Shown one piece after another: positions 38,358 through 52,119 of a stretch of DNA of 64,000 nucleotides. The stretch is from the human T2T-CHM13v2.0 reference genome, Homo sapiens: the NCBI RefSeq assembly GCF_009914755.1, contig NC_060931.1; one strand, written 5' to 3'. The notes beneath the pieces were generated by a model that was not told the DNA's origin, did no database searches, and was given only the letters and a program-made list of their open reading frames with translations. The stretch's first letter is position 1. Each line of letters starts with the position of its first letter. The position numbers were made by a program, and so were the translations under genes.

Positions 38358-38750
38358 TAAAATGTTCCACAACTCCCTGGGACCTATTTATAAAACTTTT
38401 CCTCCCCATTCCATAGAGATAGTTACAAGCCCCAAAATGACAAGTTAAACAGACTTTTAAAATTAAGTAATAATTTACTAATTGTTTTTACGTACCTGGT
38501 TGTTATGGCCCAGGTTATTTTTACTATATAAAACAGGGTTAAAACAATAGTCAATAAGCTGAATTCCGTGTTCTTTCATTTTGAGTTATAAGAACAAAAC
38601 ATACAATTTACTACTAGAAAAGCTAAGGCATCAAGATGAATCTGAGTCAAAATGTTCAAAATCAACTTTTATGTATAAGGCATTCCAAATTCTATCATAT
38701 TTGCTGCTGTTTTCTTTCATTAACTATAATTAGGAAAATGAAATACTTAC

Positions 38751-38848
38751 TGACGACGGTGCATTCCAAGTATCTTTTGAAATTCTTTCAATTCTTTTTC
38801 AAGTATTGGATATTCATAAACATCATCCAGTACATTCCTATATATGGT
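38751..38848 (-). CDS. RAPGEF5: RAPGEF5 exon TIYRNVLDDVYEYPILEKELKEFQKILGMHRR(H) (REM domain)
   Basis: CAG acceptor (AG at 38849-38850), GTAAGT donor; 98 nt. Confidence 0.96.
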
Positions 38849-39147
38849 CTGGAGAAAAAAGACAAATGACAGCTCAGTGGTTGAATGCCCATTTTGTAGG
38901 GATTAAGACTCATACCATGGCTATCCTAACACAGGAAATAAGGAGGGATTCAGGACAATGTACGGGTTTCACCAGGTGCCAATGAGATCCAGAATGGGAT
39001 CATAACTCGCAGCTCCTCTCTCAACTGCCATGGCTCTCTATCTGCTTTCAGGGCCATAGGTGGAAATTCTGGAAAGAGAATTCTAGAGATCCCTAGCTGG
39101 CTGGCTACTAGAGATTTCCAGCCCATTCTATATCTTAAAAAATAATA

Positions 39148-39809
<662 letters not shown>

Positions 39810-40620
39810 TCCACATAATCATTTGGGAGAAAAAAGTCAATTGAATTAAATTAAGCAGTTGCTTTGCAAACAACATGAGTTTAAAGAGTTGGTTAGACTC
39901 GTTTTTAATTGGATGCCTAAATGACAACTGAATGTTGAATTCAAAGTAGTTTCCTTCATGAAAGGCTGAGTCTATTTAGGCAGTTGCCTACTCTGAACTA
40001 GAACTCTTCCTTGCTAGAATTCCATTGTATTCCTTCTCTGTCCTAACCTGCAGACTTAATATGATTTTGGTGGCCAAAGGAATCCAACTGTCTTACTAAT
40101 CATCTCTCCAGATAATCATCTGTGTTGAAAAGATATTGAAGCCTATTAATTAGAAAAAATAAATCAGTTTGTCTCACTCTAAATGTAAAACTAGATTATA
40201 TCTATTTTACAAATTATTGCTTAAAATTCTCAAAGTATACCATGTCTGACAAATGTTTCAAAGAACATACATTGTCAATATAGTTTTTAAATGATAAATA
40301 ATGTTTTATGCAAATATTACATATAGAGGACTGGTTACTTTAAACTTATAATGAATATCAACATATTAAGCTATATCAAATTTTGAATGTTTTGATTTAC
40401 CTTCCTTAATTATTTCATTAGCAATCAAAATTTCCATGACTTTTAGATAGAGAATATCAAGCTTCAGAAGTCAAAATAAACTTAAATATTCTCTGAATCA
40501 CAACTTGACTATCACAAGAAAGCTGAATGACTGTTACCTACAAATGAGATTTTTAAAATGCATAACTAAAAATAGAATCAGTTATTTGGCATCAAAGAAT
40601 ATCTGGAAATGTTTGATTAC

Positions 40621-40765
40621 CTTTAAAAACATTTTTGAATGTTCATCTTCAGGTAACCAGTCTTTGTACAGAGCAATCCACTGGGAAACAAGATGCAAGA
40701 CTTTACGTTTCCTACGCGGAACATCTGAGTTTTCCTCTTTGCCTTGATACTTCTTAGCAGAATAG
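40621..40765 (-). CDS. RAPGEF5: RAPGEF5 exon (H)YSAKKYQGKEENSDVPRRKRKVLHLVSQWIALYKDWLPEDEHSKMFLK (REM domain)
   Basis: Preceded by the U12-type branch site TTCTTAAC and an AC acceptor; AAG|GTAATC donor; 145 nt. Confidence 0.94.
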
Positions 40766-41249
40766 GTGCAAATGGTTAAGAAAAAATTATATTGTTGAAA
40801 ATTTTAAAATATGAAGACATCCATTTACTCTTATTTTTACAAAATATGTGAAGGCATACAAGTGTATAAACATGCAGGAAGAATAGAATATGCGTAGGGA
40901 GAGCAAAAGGTGTGCACTGAGAAGAGCAAAAGTAAACTGAGGAAAATGACTGAAGTATACTCGGTAGGCAGCCAGGAAGTGAAGGGTTGGACCATTTCAC
41001 TGACAGCTGCTGACATGGTTTCATAGGCAACATGCAGTTAATGCCAGCCCAAGGAGATACTAGGTGGTCCATTAATTTCAACAGTGACTCCAAGAAGAGA
41101 GCTAGCCTCACTACACAGGTGAATACTATTTCAATACATTTTAGGTCAGAATGAGGCCAGATGCTGTCTAGTCCTCAGAAATTCACATTCTGTAAAACCA
41201 GGTGCTTCTAAAGTAGTTCCAAATGAGTATAGATTTCTGCAACAGAATT

Positions 41250-41740
41250 TGTAACATGATTCAAATGCCCACTCCTAGGAACTTACTTGAAAACATTGGA
41301 TACATGTGTGAACACAGAGGTAAAAGGGACTGCTAATTTTCATTTTAAAATAAAATGAAAATTATTTCATTTAAAATAAAAAAAGGAAATAACCTAAATG
41401 CCTCAGCAACTGAGAACAGTTGACTAAGTTATTATATATGCATTTAACGGACTATTCAGCAGCCAGAAAAATGATGGCCCAGCAGTACATTTACTGACAG
41501 AGAATATGCACAATGTATTGTTGAGTAGAAAAGCAAGTAAGAAAAGAATATGTTAGGACGATCTACTTCTGTTAACAATGTTTATTTATATGATTAATGT
41601 CACTATCTGGAGGGATATATACTGAATAGTTAACAGTGGTTTCTCAAGGTAATGAGATTTTAGAGCATATGAATTATTTTTATTGTACTTATTAGCATTT
41701 CCTAATTTATACACGATGACCATATGTAAACTATGCTGTT
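41250..41740 (+). mobile_element. Old L1 (L1M-type) 3' end remnant
   Basis: Segments cccactcctagga..., aataacctaaatgcc... and gttaacagtggttttctc resemble L1M 3' UTRs. Confidence 0.55.
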
Positions 41741-42167
41741 AAAATTACATAAAAATAACAACCTCAAAGGCAAAGTGTTTAAATGACTAGGAATGCAACA
41801 GCAGCTTGGCATATTCTAAACCAATCTATTCTTGTTGTCTCCAAAATGATAAGCTGAGTGTCTTGGACACATTAAAAAGATGACTAGGAATAGGGAATGC
41901 TATGACATCAAACACTTGAGGGTTGTTGGACAGCATTATATATTCTTTAACACTGATATACAATTGCAAAATTGGAATAAACTTTATTTCAGGCTTTGCT
42001 AATATTTTAAAATATAATTTAGTCAATGTCTCCCCATCCTGCAAAAATACATTAAGACCATCTTTGATTTCCACCTGTGAAATAAACTCAGGCAAACACA
42101 AAAAAAATCTGTTTCTATTTCTTTTAGTTTTTCTCTTGAAAGGCAAAATATAATAACAATTTATCTA

Positions 42168-42449
42168 GGCCAACCATGGTGGCTGATGCCTATAATCCCA
42201 GCGCTTTGGGAGGCTGAGGCAGGAGGATTGCTTGAGCCCAGGAGTTTAAGGCCAGCCCAGGAAAGAAAGTGAGACCTCATCTCTACAAAGAAAAAAATTA
42301 ACTGGGTATGGTGATGGGCATCTGTAGAGCCAGCTAGTTGGGATGCAGAGACAGGAGGGTCACTTGAGCCTAGAAGGGTGAGGTTGCAGTGAGCCATGAT
42401 CGAGCCACTCTACTCCAGCCTAGGTAACAGAGCAAGACCTGTCTCAAAG
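42168..42449 (+). mobile_element. Alu (AluJ-type) inside the U12 intron
   Basis: Carries the J-type segment ggaggattgcttgagcccaggag. Confidence 0.9.
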
Positions 42450-43938
42450 ATTTATCTTACATTATTTCCCCTTAAACAAATGTTCTTCTCTTCTTTTCCT
42501 GTGAATATAATACCTTCACTAATATAAAGGAAATCAAGAAAATTAAGAAATGCAATTTTTTAGGTCATCATATGTAAATGAAGATATGAACTTTGTAGTC
42601 AAGCTGCATATATATGTTCTACGATTATGGACTAGCAGAATAAAACAATTTCAAGAAGCAACACTTCAACCATTCTCCATTCATAGTTATCTGCTTTACC
42701 TTGTTTTCCTCCCTGCAAGATATATATTTAAAATATATTTACCGGTTAAATTTGCATTTGTATTAATCTGATTTCCAATATTAGGATACAGACATTCTTT
42801 TACATTTTGTCTATGCTAGATTACACTGATTTATAAATTTAGCTGCTGATGGAAATAATGGGAAGGCATGTGGTGAGAGTTATAACTTCTATGTAATGCA
42901 CAGAATATTAGCTGGCTCAGAGCTATGAATTTAATGCGCTTTATGATGCTATTAAATACTATTACAATAAAAATACTTATCTAAAATATCTAAAACCAGC
43001 ACAAATAGCTTTAATCTATAAATAATGTTTTAAAACCACTGGAAAAAACAAATAATTTAGACCACTTCTAAGAAGTTGGTTGTAGTGGAATATGTAACAC
43101 ATCTTCACTAAGATGTGCATAAAAATATCTCACATTAAATATAGATTCCCTTTGTGTTTGTGGTATTATTTCATAAAAGGCAGAGTGCAAATATACAGAA
43201 ACAATCATAAAGAAAGACTTCTGGCTTAAAATGTTTTAGAGTTCATGGGTTTTGATTATCGGTAAAAAGGCTCATAAAAATCTGAACTAAATTTGTGTAT
43301 ATAATGTCTTAGTCAAAGACTCAAAACATATATATCCAAGTTAAGTTCTAGAGATTGTTTAGGGACATCCTATAGGACACTAAATTATTAAATGACAATC
43401 ACAAATAATATTAGGATCATAGTTAAAGAATGTAGTTTAAAGGCATCTCATTTGTTATAAGTATATTTTATATTACTTAATGGGTGGTAATTGTTTTAGA
43501 AATATGTTAGCATTAAAATGTAAATGAAATTAGCTCACAGATATTTTTCCAAAACACTTTTGAAGAAAGATGTTCAAAATCTTATCGCTATTGCTAAATG
43601 TCTTAGCAACACTCCACTTGAAAGCTGTGAAGGAAATCTGCACATATTATTGAAACTTTCCAAATTCAAAACTAAATAACAGTTCAAGATCAATTTTATG
43701 AACTGGTTCTAAAAAGTGGCAAAATATCGACTATAGCTTTGTTTGCTCACAGGATATAGTAAAGCACTAAAAGTAATCATCATTTCCAGTTATTTATTTT
43801 TTTAAGAGAGATGTTACTTTATGTCCTTTATGAAGTTTTAAAGTATTCTTTTAGGTGGGAAAATGCTGTAAAGTTGGGAGACACGTAACAATTATTTAAC
43901 AGAGAAAGGATATTAAATAAGCATTATCATTAGGTCTT

Positions 43939-44338
43939 TTGTTTTTGAAGGCAGTCTCCCTCTGTCATCTAAACTGGAGAGCAGTAGCACGGCCTCGGCT
44001 CACTGCAGCTTCAACCTCCTGGACTTAAGTAATCCTCCTCCCTCAGCATCTCATGTAGCTGGGACCACAGGCGCATGCCATCATGCCCAGCTAGTTTTGG
44101 TATGCCTATATATATATACACCAAATATCTATCTATCTATATACCAAATATATATATGTATATTATATATATATTATATACATATATATATATCATATAT
44201 ATATATATCATATATATATTTTAGAGATGGGGTCTCACTATGTTGCCCAGCTGCTCTTGAACTCCTGGACCCAAGCAATCCTCCCACCTTGGCCTCCCAA
44301 AGTGCTGGAATTACAGGTGTGAGCCACGACACCCAGCC
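43939..44338 (-). mobile_element. Alu (AluJ-type) with a (TA)n-rich expansion in the central linker (about 44101-44222)
   Basis: TSD ATCATTAGGTCTT at 43926-43938 and 44339-44351. Confidence 0.92.
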
Positions 44339-45181
44339 ATCATTAGGTCTTAATAGAACTTTAGTATACACAAAAGCAATCCATTTTCCTTAAAATTTTC
44401 ATGTGGTTTAGAGTGGAATCTTCAGTTTCATTTAATAAAAACAGCACAGCAACAGCTTATTTAAACACTTAAAATGCGTCTGAATACATTAAATACTGTG
44501 AAGGAAGAAGATCATTTGGAGACTTTCAGTAAGTTTACATGGATTTCTTTTGTGGCATTTCAATGATCCTATGTTGCATCTCTTCTAGTTAGTGAATAAA
44601 ATTATAAGGCTTCCTTAACTGGTCATTAACCTTCTAATCACATCCATCATTCTCAGAGAGCATGCAGTGACAAAGCTGTGAAAAGATGACAGTTGATTCC
44701 AGGGGTTAGGTTCGACCTCCCATGTGGGGGAATGGCCTGTCTCCCCTGAGATACTTGCCAGGAACATTATATCACATATGTGCATTTTCCTTCACAAGTG
44801 GTCTGACACTTAACTGATTCTCCTTTAAGTCCATTTATTCCATGATCTTCCCATTCCACACAATCTCTTGACTCTGGGGTTTACCCAGCAGGCCAATTTT
44901 GCCTCCAGATTTCTAAGCAATCATGAGGCACAGATGTGAAGCGAACATAATATAAACAGTATAATATAGCCACAACATAGAATGTGAAAACAGCTGTTCA
45001 CATTTCCAGTTTCCCCTGTCTGTCTCATTTCATCTTCTACCTTGGATATCATTACATTAATATTTAACATATCCACATTCTACTATGGGGTTGAATAAAT
45101 TAAGGAAGGCAGTTAATTCCTAACGTGGGACATCTGTCTGAGAGGAAGTGGACACAGCAGCCTGAAGATAATGAAGGATAT

Positions 45182-45260
45182 TGCCTTAACAGAGCCTGGC
45201 ACAAGTCATCAGTTGTCATGAAGACAGTGTACGTGAGAAGGAAGTCATCCAGGAGGGTCT
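45182..45260 (-). CDS. RAPGEF5: RAPGEF5 exon (E)TLLDDFLLTYTVFMTTDDLCQALLR(H) (REM domain)
   Basis: REM signature DDFLLTY.VFM; CAG acceptor (AG at 45261-45262); ends at the U12 donor ATATCCTT; 79 nt. Confidence 0.96.
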
Positions 45261-46215
45261 CTGCAAAGAAAAAAAAAACAAACACAAGGTAAGCAAAGAG
45301 GTGGATAAGAAGAGCAGCTGCTTATCTGGGCCCCAGAACCATGTGCATGGCAGAAATATGATAAATATTGATAGCTGTGGGAGGGATTAGGAGAATTTTA
45401 GCCAGGAAAGACATTATTTATTAAAATTAAGATATGAAAAACTCCTTATATCAAATGCCTCAAGCAATAAGATATTTTTGTTGCAGAGCTCTCTAAACAT
45501 ACAATTTTGTTATCATCTTGTTTTCCTGAAATTTCATTTATATTTGTGGGTAAAGATGATATAGAAAACAAATGCATAAATAATGTGCTTTAAAAAATAA
45601 ATTTTACAAGACTTCTGAGGTGTACACTCAAGTCCTACGGGGAATAAAGCCTTCATGTGTTAATAAATTAAGGTTTTTTCCAAAGCCATTTACTTAAGTC
45701 TAGGGCAAGAACAATGAATAATAAAACCCAGAAGACACATATCAGGTTCCAAGGCCATTCACCTTTATCTCTTAAATGCATCTTTAAGAAGCTGGGAAAG
45801 TGATGAGTGATTTTCTTAGTCTTGAAGAGAGACAGAACTGAGTCCAGTTAAAATTGGAGAGCAGGTACAATGTATCACAACATACTTCTTCCTAATTTCT
45901 TTTTTCTACCAACCAAACCAGGTTACATTGTTATCATCTTTGTGCTTTAAGTGTTCTTGGAAGAGTTCAGTTTGTATACAATATGGAATTGCTAAAGAGG
46001 CAAACTCTGACTTTCAATGTAATTTCCAATATGGTACAAAAGATTATATGCAGAATGTAAAGTGGTGATTTTGCCACAACAGTCATTATCTAGTCTCCTT
46101 AACTTAAAATTCATTTTACAATATGATTTAATTTTCATCTTTTACATTCCAGACATCACATTTTTAGTTATATAAAACAGTAATAAATTATTAGAGTAAT
46201 TAGCTTGTGTACTGT

Positions 46216-46597
46216 TGTTATGGACTGAATGCTTATGTCCTTTGCAACACCCCCACCCCTGCCACTTTATATGTTGAAACCTTACCCCTAGTATGATGTA
46301 TTAGGAGGGGGTATTTGAGAGGTAATTAGGATTGGATAAGGCCATGAGGGTGGAGCCCTCATGAATGGCATTGCTATCTTTATAAGAGTCCTGAGAAAGC
46401 TCCTTTCATCTCTCTACCATACAAGTATCGAGGAGACTGTGGCCTATGAACCAGGAAGCAGGTCCTCACCAGACACTGAATCTGCTAGCACCTTGATCTT
46501 GGACTCCCCAGCCTCCAGGCTGTGAGAAATAAATGTCTGTTGTTTAAGCTTCCCAGGCTATGGTATTTTGTTATAGCAGCTTGAGCTGACTAAGACA
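46216..46597 (+). mobile_element. MLT1A-family MaLR solo LTR
   Basis: Starts tgttatggactgaat and ends gactaagaca; internal ccttgatcttggact.cccagcctccag..ctgtgagaaataaat. Confidence 0.82.
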
Positions 46598-47684
46598 TAC
46601 ACTCAATAGTGCTTATGGTCTCCAAGATCTACATGTTATAATGATGATGTGTAAGTAAAAATAATTGCCCAGTATAGAGCCCTATAGCTCTACATTGAAG
46701 ACTGGATGAAAGAAAATCTCCAGAATTTTTAGGAATAACCAGTAATATTTACTTTAAAAGTTAATCAGAAAAACAAGGTAATATTTATGAACACAAAACT
46801 CTGATATACGAGGTTGTGGATGACATCTACAGTTCTATATTAGCTGCAGGGCATAACTTATTTCTGCTTGGTTGCAGAATATCAAGGAAATCCTAATCCA
46901 CATAGGTAAGTGGTTGCAAATGGTAGGTTTTTCAAAAGTTTGCTTTTTAATTGCAAGATGCCTGTAATTAAAATGAACCAAGGGTGTTAATGAAGAGTAT
47001 TAACAGAATTTATCTGAAAGATATTTTATTTCTAAGTTCATAGTATTCCCTGTCAAAATAATAAATTCGACAAATTTTCTTATTTGATTTAAAACATGTT
47101 TTTAAAAGTCTAAACTTACATTGTTGTATCACACTGCAATATGTTAGCAATCAGTAGTCTAACTTACTATTACTCTATGGCAAAAGCGAATTCCTAAACA
47201 GATATACCTGGGCCTTGCTGGGCATAAATTAGACCTAGCACAAAAAGGCTGTGGTGGCGTGCCTGATCCAACAATGTCACATGAATGGACATGCACAGCC
47301 TGTGTACGCAGAAGAGCCAGGGGCCCCCTACTAGAGTCTCTGTTTATGGAAGTTTCAAATATATGAACAAGGCACGGGAAGGTTTACTTTACTTGTCTCC
47401 AAACAAGTTAACCTGGCAGCTCAAGTTAAACACTGGTCATCCTAATGAGAAATTTGGAATATATAATGTGTGCCTTTCATTACAGTTTTTAAAAATAGTT
47501 TCAATTAAAATCAATCACTTGCATATTAGCTGGAAACCAAGGATATTTTGGAAATACAATTTGAAAACTATCCCTCTGGGCCTGTTGAAGAGTAATGTTT
47601 ACAAATTACAACATTTCTCTGTGTTAAATGTGGTTGATGGAAATCCTCAACCTGTCAGGTCTGATTAGAAATTAAGCTGAATCT

Positions 47685-47968
47685 GGCCAGGTGTGGTGGC
47701 TCACGCCTGTAATCCCAGCACTTTGAGAGGCCAAGGTGAGTAGATTGCTTGAGGCCAGGAGCTAGAGACCAGCCTGGCCAACATTGCGAAACTCCATCTC
47801 TACTGTTAAAAAAAAAAAAAAAAGCTGGGTGTGGTGGCATATGCCTATAATCCCAGCTACTCAGGAGGCTGAGGTAGGAGGATGGCTTGAACTCAGGCGG
47901 TGGAAGTTGCAGTGAGCCAAGATCATGTCACTGCCCTCTAGCCTGCGCAACAGAGCGAGACTCTGTGT

Positions 47969-48003
<35 letters not shown>

Positions 48004-48140
48004 GAATCTTCCCAGATACTCAGGAGGCTGAGGTAGGAGGATGGCTGGAACCCAGGTGGCAGAGGTTGCAAGTGAGCCAAGATTATGCCACTGCACTTTA
48101 GCCTGGGCGACACAGAGAGACTCTGTCTCAAAAAAAAAAA
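47685..48140 (+). mobile_element. Alu (47685-48000) followed by an extra right-arm copy (48010-48140)
   Basis: Full Alu with an A31 tail, then gctgaatct, then a second right arm with its own A tail. Confidence 0.92.
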
Positions 48141-48202
48141 AAATTAAGCTGTTTCTTTTTTGCACTCAATGTTAGACACAAGCAGCAAGGACAACAGAGT
48201 AG

Positions 48203-48473
48203 TTTTTTTGTTTGTTTGTTTGTTTTTGAGACTGTCACCCAGGCTGCAGTGCAAACTTCGCCTCCCAGGTTCAAGTGATTCTTGTGCCTCAGCCTCCCAA
48301 GTAGCTGGGACTACTGGCATGCACCACCATGTCCAGCTAATTTTTGTAGTTTGAGTAGAGATGGGGTTTCACCATATTGGCTGGGCTGGTCTCAAACTCT
48401 TGGCCTCAGGTGATCTGCCAGCCTTGGCCTCCCAAAGTGCTGGGATTACGGGCGTGAGCCACTGAGCCTGGCC
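48203..48473 (-). mobile_element. Alu with two internal deletions in the right arm
   Basis: TSD AACAGAGTAG at 48193-48202 and 48474-48483. Confidence 0.92.
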
Positions 48474-49595
48474 AACAGAGTAGCTTTGAATCTAGTTTAG
48501 GGTTTTCAATGGCTCTTGTAGATAGGAGCCACCAGTGCGCAGAAACCATTGGGTGACAGCACTGAGAGGGAGTTGGCATTTAAAATGCTGGATGTGACAC
48601 AGAGGTTCAGACTCTTTGGGGTGTTCTTACACTTAGCTGCATTTAATGAGGTTAGAACTATTCTCTCATCAAGATTTACTTCATTAGTAGCTGAGATTAA
48701 AAAGAACACCATTAAACCATTAACTTTGACATAACCAGTCATTCCATTCCAGAACAACCTTAGATAATGAACTGACTACCAGAGTCTGGTTGGATGGTGG
48801 CAAACCCATTTGGCATTCAATTCAATTAATCAGCTCACATATGACAATATTTTGTTAAGGGCTTTGACCCAGAAATGCTTATTTTCTCCTAAGCCAATAT
48901 CATATTTAAAATTCAACAGCATTTACCTAATTATCTGTCATAGAAATATTAATTAAAATAAAAACAATGAGGCTATATAAAAACAGCTCCAGTTGAAGTC
49001 CTAATAAAGAAAATAGTTAAAAATTCTAATGAATAGAACAGATTCCCAATACTCATAACTCAAATATCTCTCTATTTAACTACTATATTGTTCTAAATTT
49101 TTCTATACAAAGAGCTTTCCTTTATTCTTTTCCAGCATTCATGTTTTTTTTTTTTTCTGCTGTGCAGATTCTGAAAGTAATTGAGTGGTATGAATGAAAA
49201 TACTATAATCAAAGTGATGCACTTCAAATAAAAGTGCAATTTATAACAGCCATGCTTCCAAAAAAGAGGCTGTCCCATTGGTATTTAGAGATATTTTTAG
49301 AACCATGATGGTTATATGAATGATCCCCTGAAGACTATTAGCCGACAATAGCCATTTAGAAAGACTTACAAATCCACTGGCATCCAAATTAAAACACTAT
49401 AATTATCTATTACACTACATAGTACTTAATAATAATTTAAGACAACAGGCAGAAAAGCATGTTTGTATACATAAAAGTATCTTTCATTTAAACAAATTCA
49501 TAGTTGCCATACATATTAACACTCTGAGTAAAAAAAGTATTCATTTTGATTTCTAACTTTGTGAATACCTAAGCATATTAATATGCATATGTTAA

Positions 49596-49917
<322 letters not shown>

Positions 49918-50241
49918 ATTTTCTTTGATATTCTATGCACTAAGTAAATTACTAAATCTAATCCTAAATTATTGGCTTATCAATAAATTTTTGGGACTAT
50001 CCTCCCCACTCCAAAATAAAATAATACTTTCGTAGTGGCTTTTTGAATACAAGAAACATCCTTGCAAGTAAAAAAGTAACATCTTGATAATCATTGAAAT
50101 TGGAAGGTAAATACTTCTATAGTTTTAACTATTATAAAACTTGAAATAAAATATATATAGAAATGGTTTTGAAATCCATGCATGTAATTAGCTATACTGA
50201 TGTCATATAGGACTTTTCCCTATCATCTGCTACTATTTTAA

Positions 50242-50542
<301 letters not shown>

Positions 50543-52119
50543 TATTTTAATTTTTAGGTCATATAAAAATAATTATCTAATTTTATTTAATTTTATTTGA
50601 ATGTATTCCTCTTGTATGTACCAATTAAAACATTTTTCTCTGTCTCATTTTAAGTATATGAAGCTCTAAAAATTCCCATTTTATTTCTGCAAAACACAAG
50701 TATCCCTAGAGCATGCTAGAGTTGTGTCAAGATAGAATAGTAAGAGGTTTGGTACAGACCATTTTCATGGAGTTCTGTTACATATAAATGTAATCAAATT
50801 TTAAAAACTGATCCAAATGTTACCAAAAGGTCTAAGCTTAATGCTTTCTTTGTAACATAAAAACAAAAAACAAAAACAAAACCCTGAAGTCTAAAAATCA
50901 CTAGAAGTATAGCGTTACGTAGGAAAAATTATATAAATCTACCTTGGTTATTTTTTCAACACTCATAAGCAAAATGCACTGCGATAATGAAACCACTCAG
51001 CTGTTAAAGTGAATTACCAAGAAAGCAAATTAAAAGAATTTTGACAGGCAACTGCCTATAGTAGCCATTTAATCCAAGTATGGTAATGTGAATATTCAAC
51101 ATTTCTGTATTAACTCATATTCCCTGAAGTACTATTAGCCGTTTTGTTTCACCTGTATTTCTACTTCAGATGTAATGGAATTTAAGGCACTCTAAAATAT
51201 ATTCTACTTAACCTTTATTTTAAGAAGCCAAGAAAAGCTTTGAACATGAAAGGGCCCATTTCTGGTCCTGGAATGTTACAACTTGCCATTATTTTTTGAG
51301 AAGCAGTGCCAAAATGTACCATGTAATTTGATTAAGCACAAATAAAATTTTTTTCATGTTCAGGTTGGAATAATAGATTAAAGTGCTATGCCATTAAAAG
51401 CAATGCTTCTTTCCCTGTGTATCTTACATTTCTGAAAGTGATATTAACGACCTCGAACGCAGCTTTTTACTACAGCTCTTAAATTCACTTAATCCCTGCC
51501 AATTCTTACAGGCTCACCATAGCGTTTTCTTTAGCCATTCTAACATAACCAAATCTTGAGATCTAGCTTTATTTTTAGGTATTTGTGGCAGAAAAAAAGT
51601 GCTTACTTATTTAACGCTGTTTATATATCAAATCTTAAAAGTCACCCCTTTAAATGACAGGAACTTACTACAGACAGGGCTTGGGGACACTCTTCAAATA
51701 ATCAAATCTGTTTTTATTTTAACTTGTAAAATTCAGTTTTAGAATCCTGTCATTCCGTCTTCAAGAAAGAATGATTTGAATACAACAGGTATTCCGTTCT
51801 TAGCTATGCTTAATTCTATACACTGCCTTTTAAAAATGTTACTTGGAGGGGCATAGAGTAATAAACAGGGGGCTTGTCTACCTTCTCCAGGCTGCGGCAC
51901 TCAGAGAAAGGGTGCAGGTCACCCTGGGACTAAGAGCGGTGAGCGGCCTCATAGCTCCTGTTGTTACATCCCCAATCAGCTGCTCTCAGTGTCTAGGTAC
52001 AATTGCAGCCCATTCATGGCATATGCATGCGTCTGCCAAGTATGCTGGGAAGCTCAGAAAACAGTATAAAGAATACTATGGAAACAGACAGCTGGAAATC
52101 TAACGGGGTAGCCTAATGC

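Larger units (their letters stand above)
40766..45181 (-). other. RAPGEF5: U12-type (minor spliceosome) AT-AC intron, 4416 nt
   Basis: 5' end ATATCCTT (45174-45181), branch site TTCTTAAC (40775-40782), 3' end ...CATTTGCAC. Joining CA|C TAT restores the His-Tyr codons. Confidence 0.93.

Noticed and set aside
41335-41363. 13-bp-arm AT-rich hairpin (also the 14-bp palindrome near 49573)
   Set aside because: Low-complexity A/T sequence in or near L1-derived DNA; expected by chance.
44690-44730. GGTTCGA B-box-like motif suggesting a tRNA or small RNA gene
   Set aside because: No A-box, cloverleaf or Pol III terminator; at most a decayed SINE.
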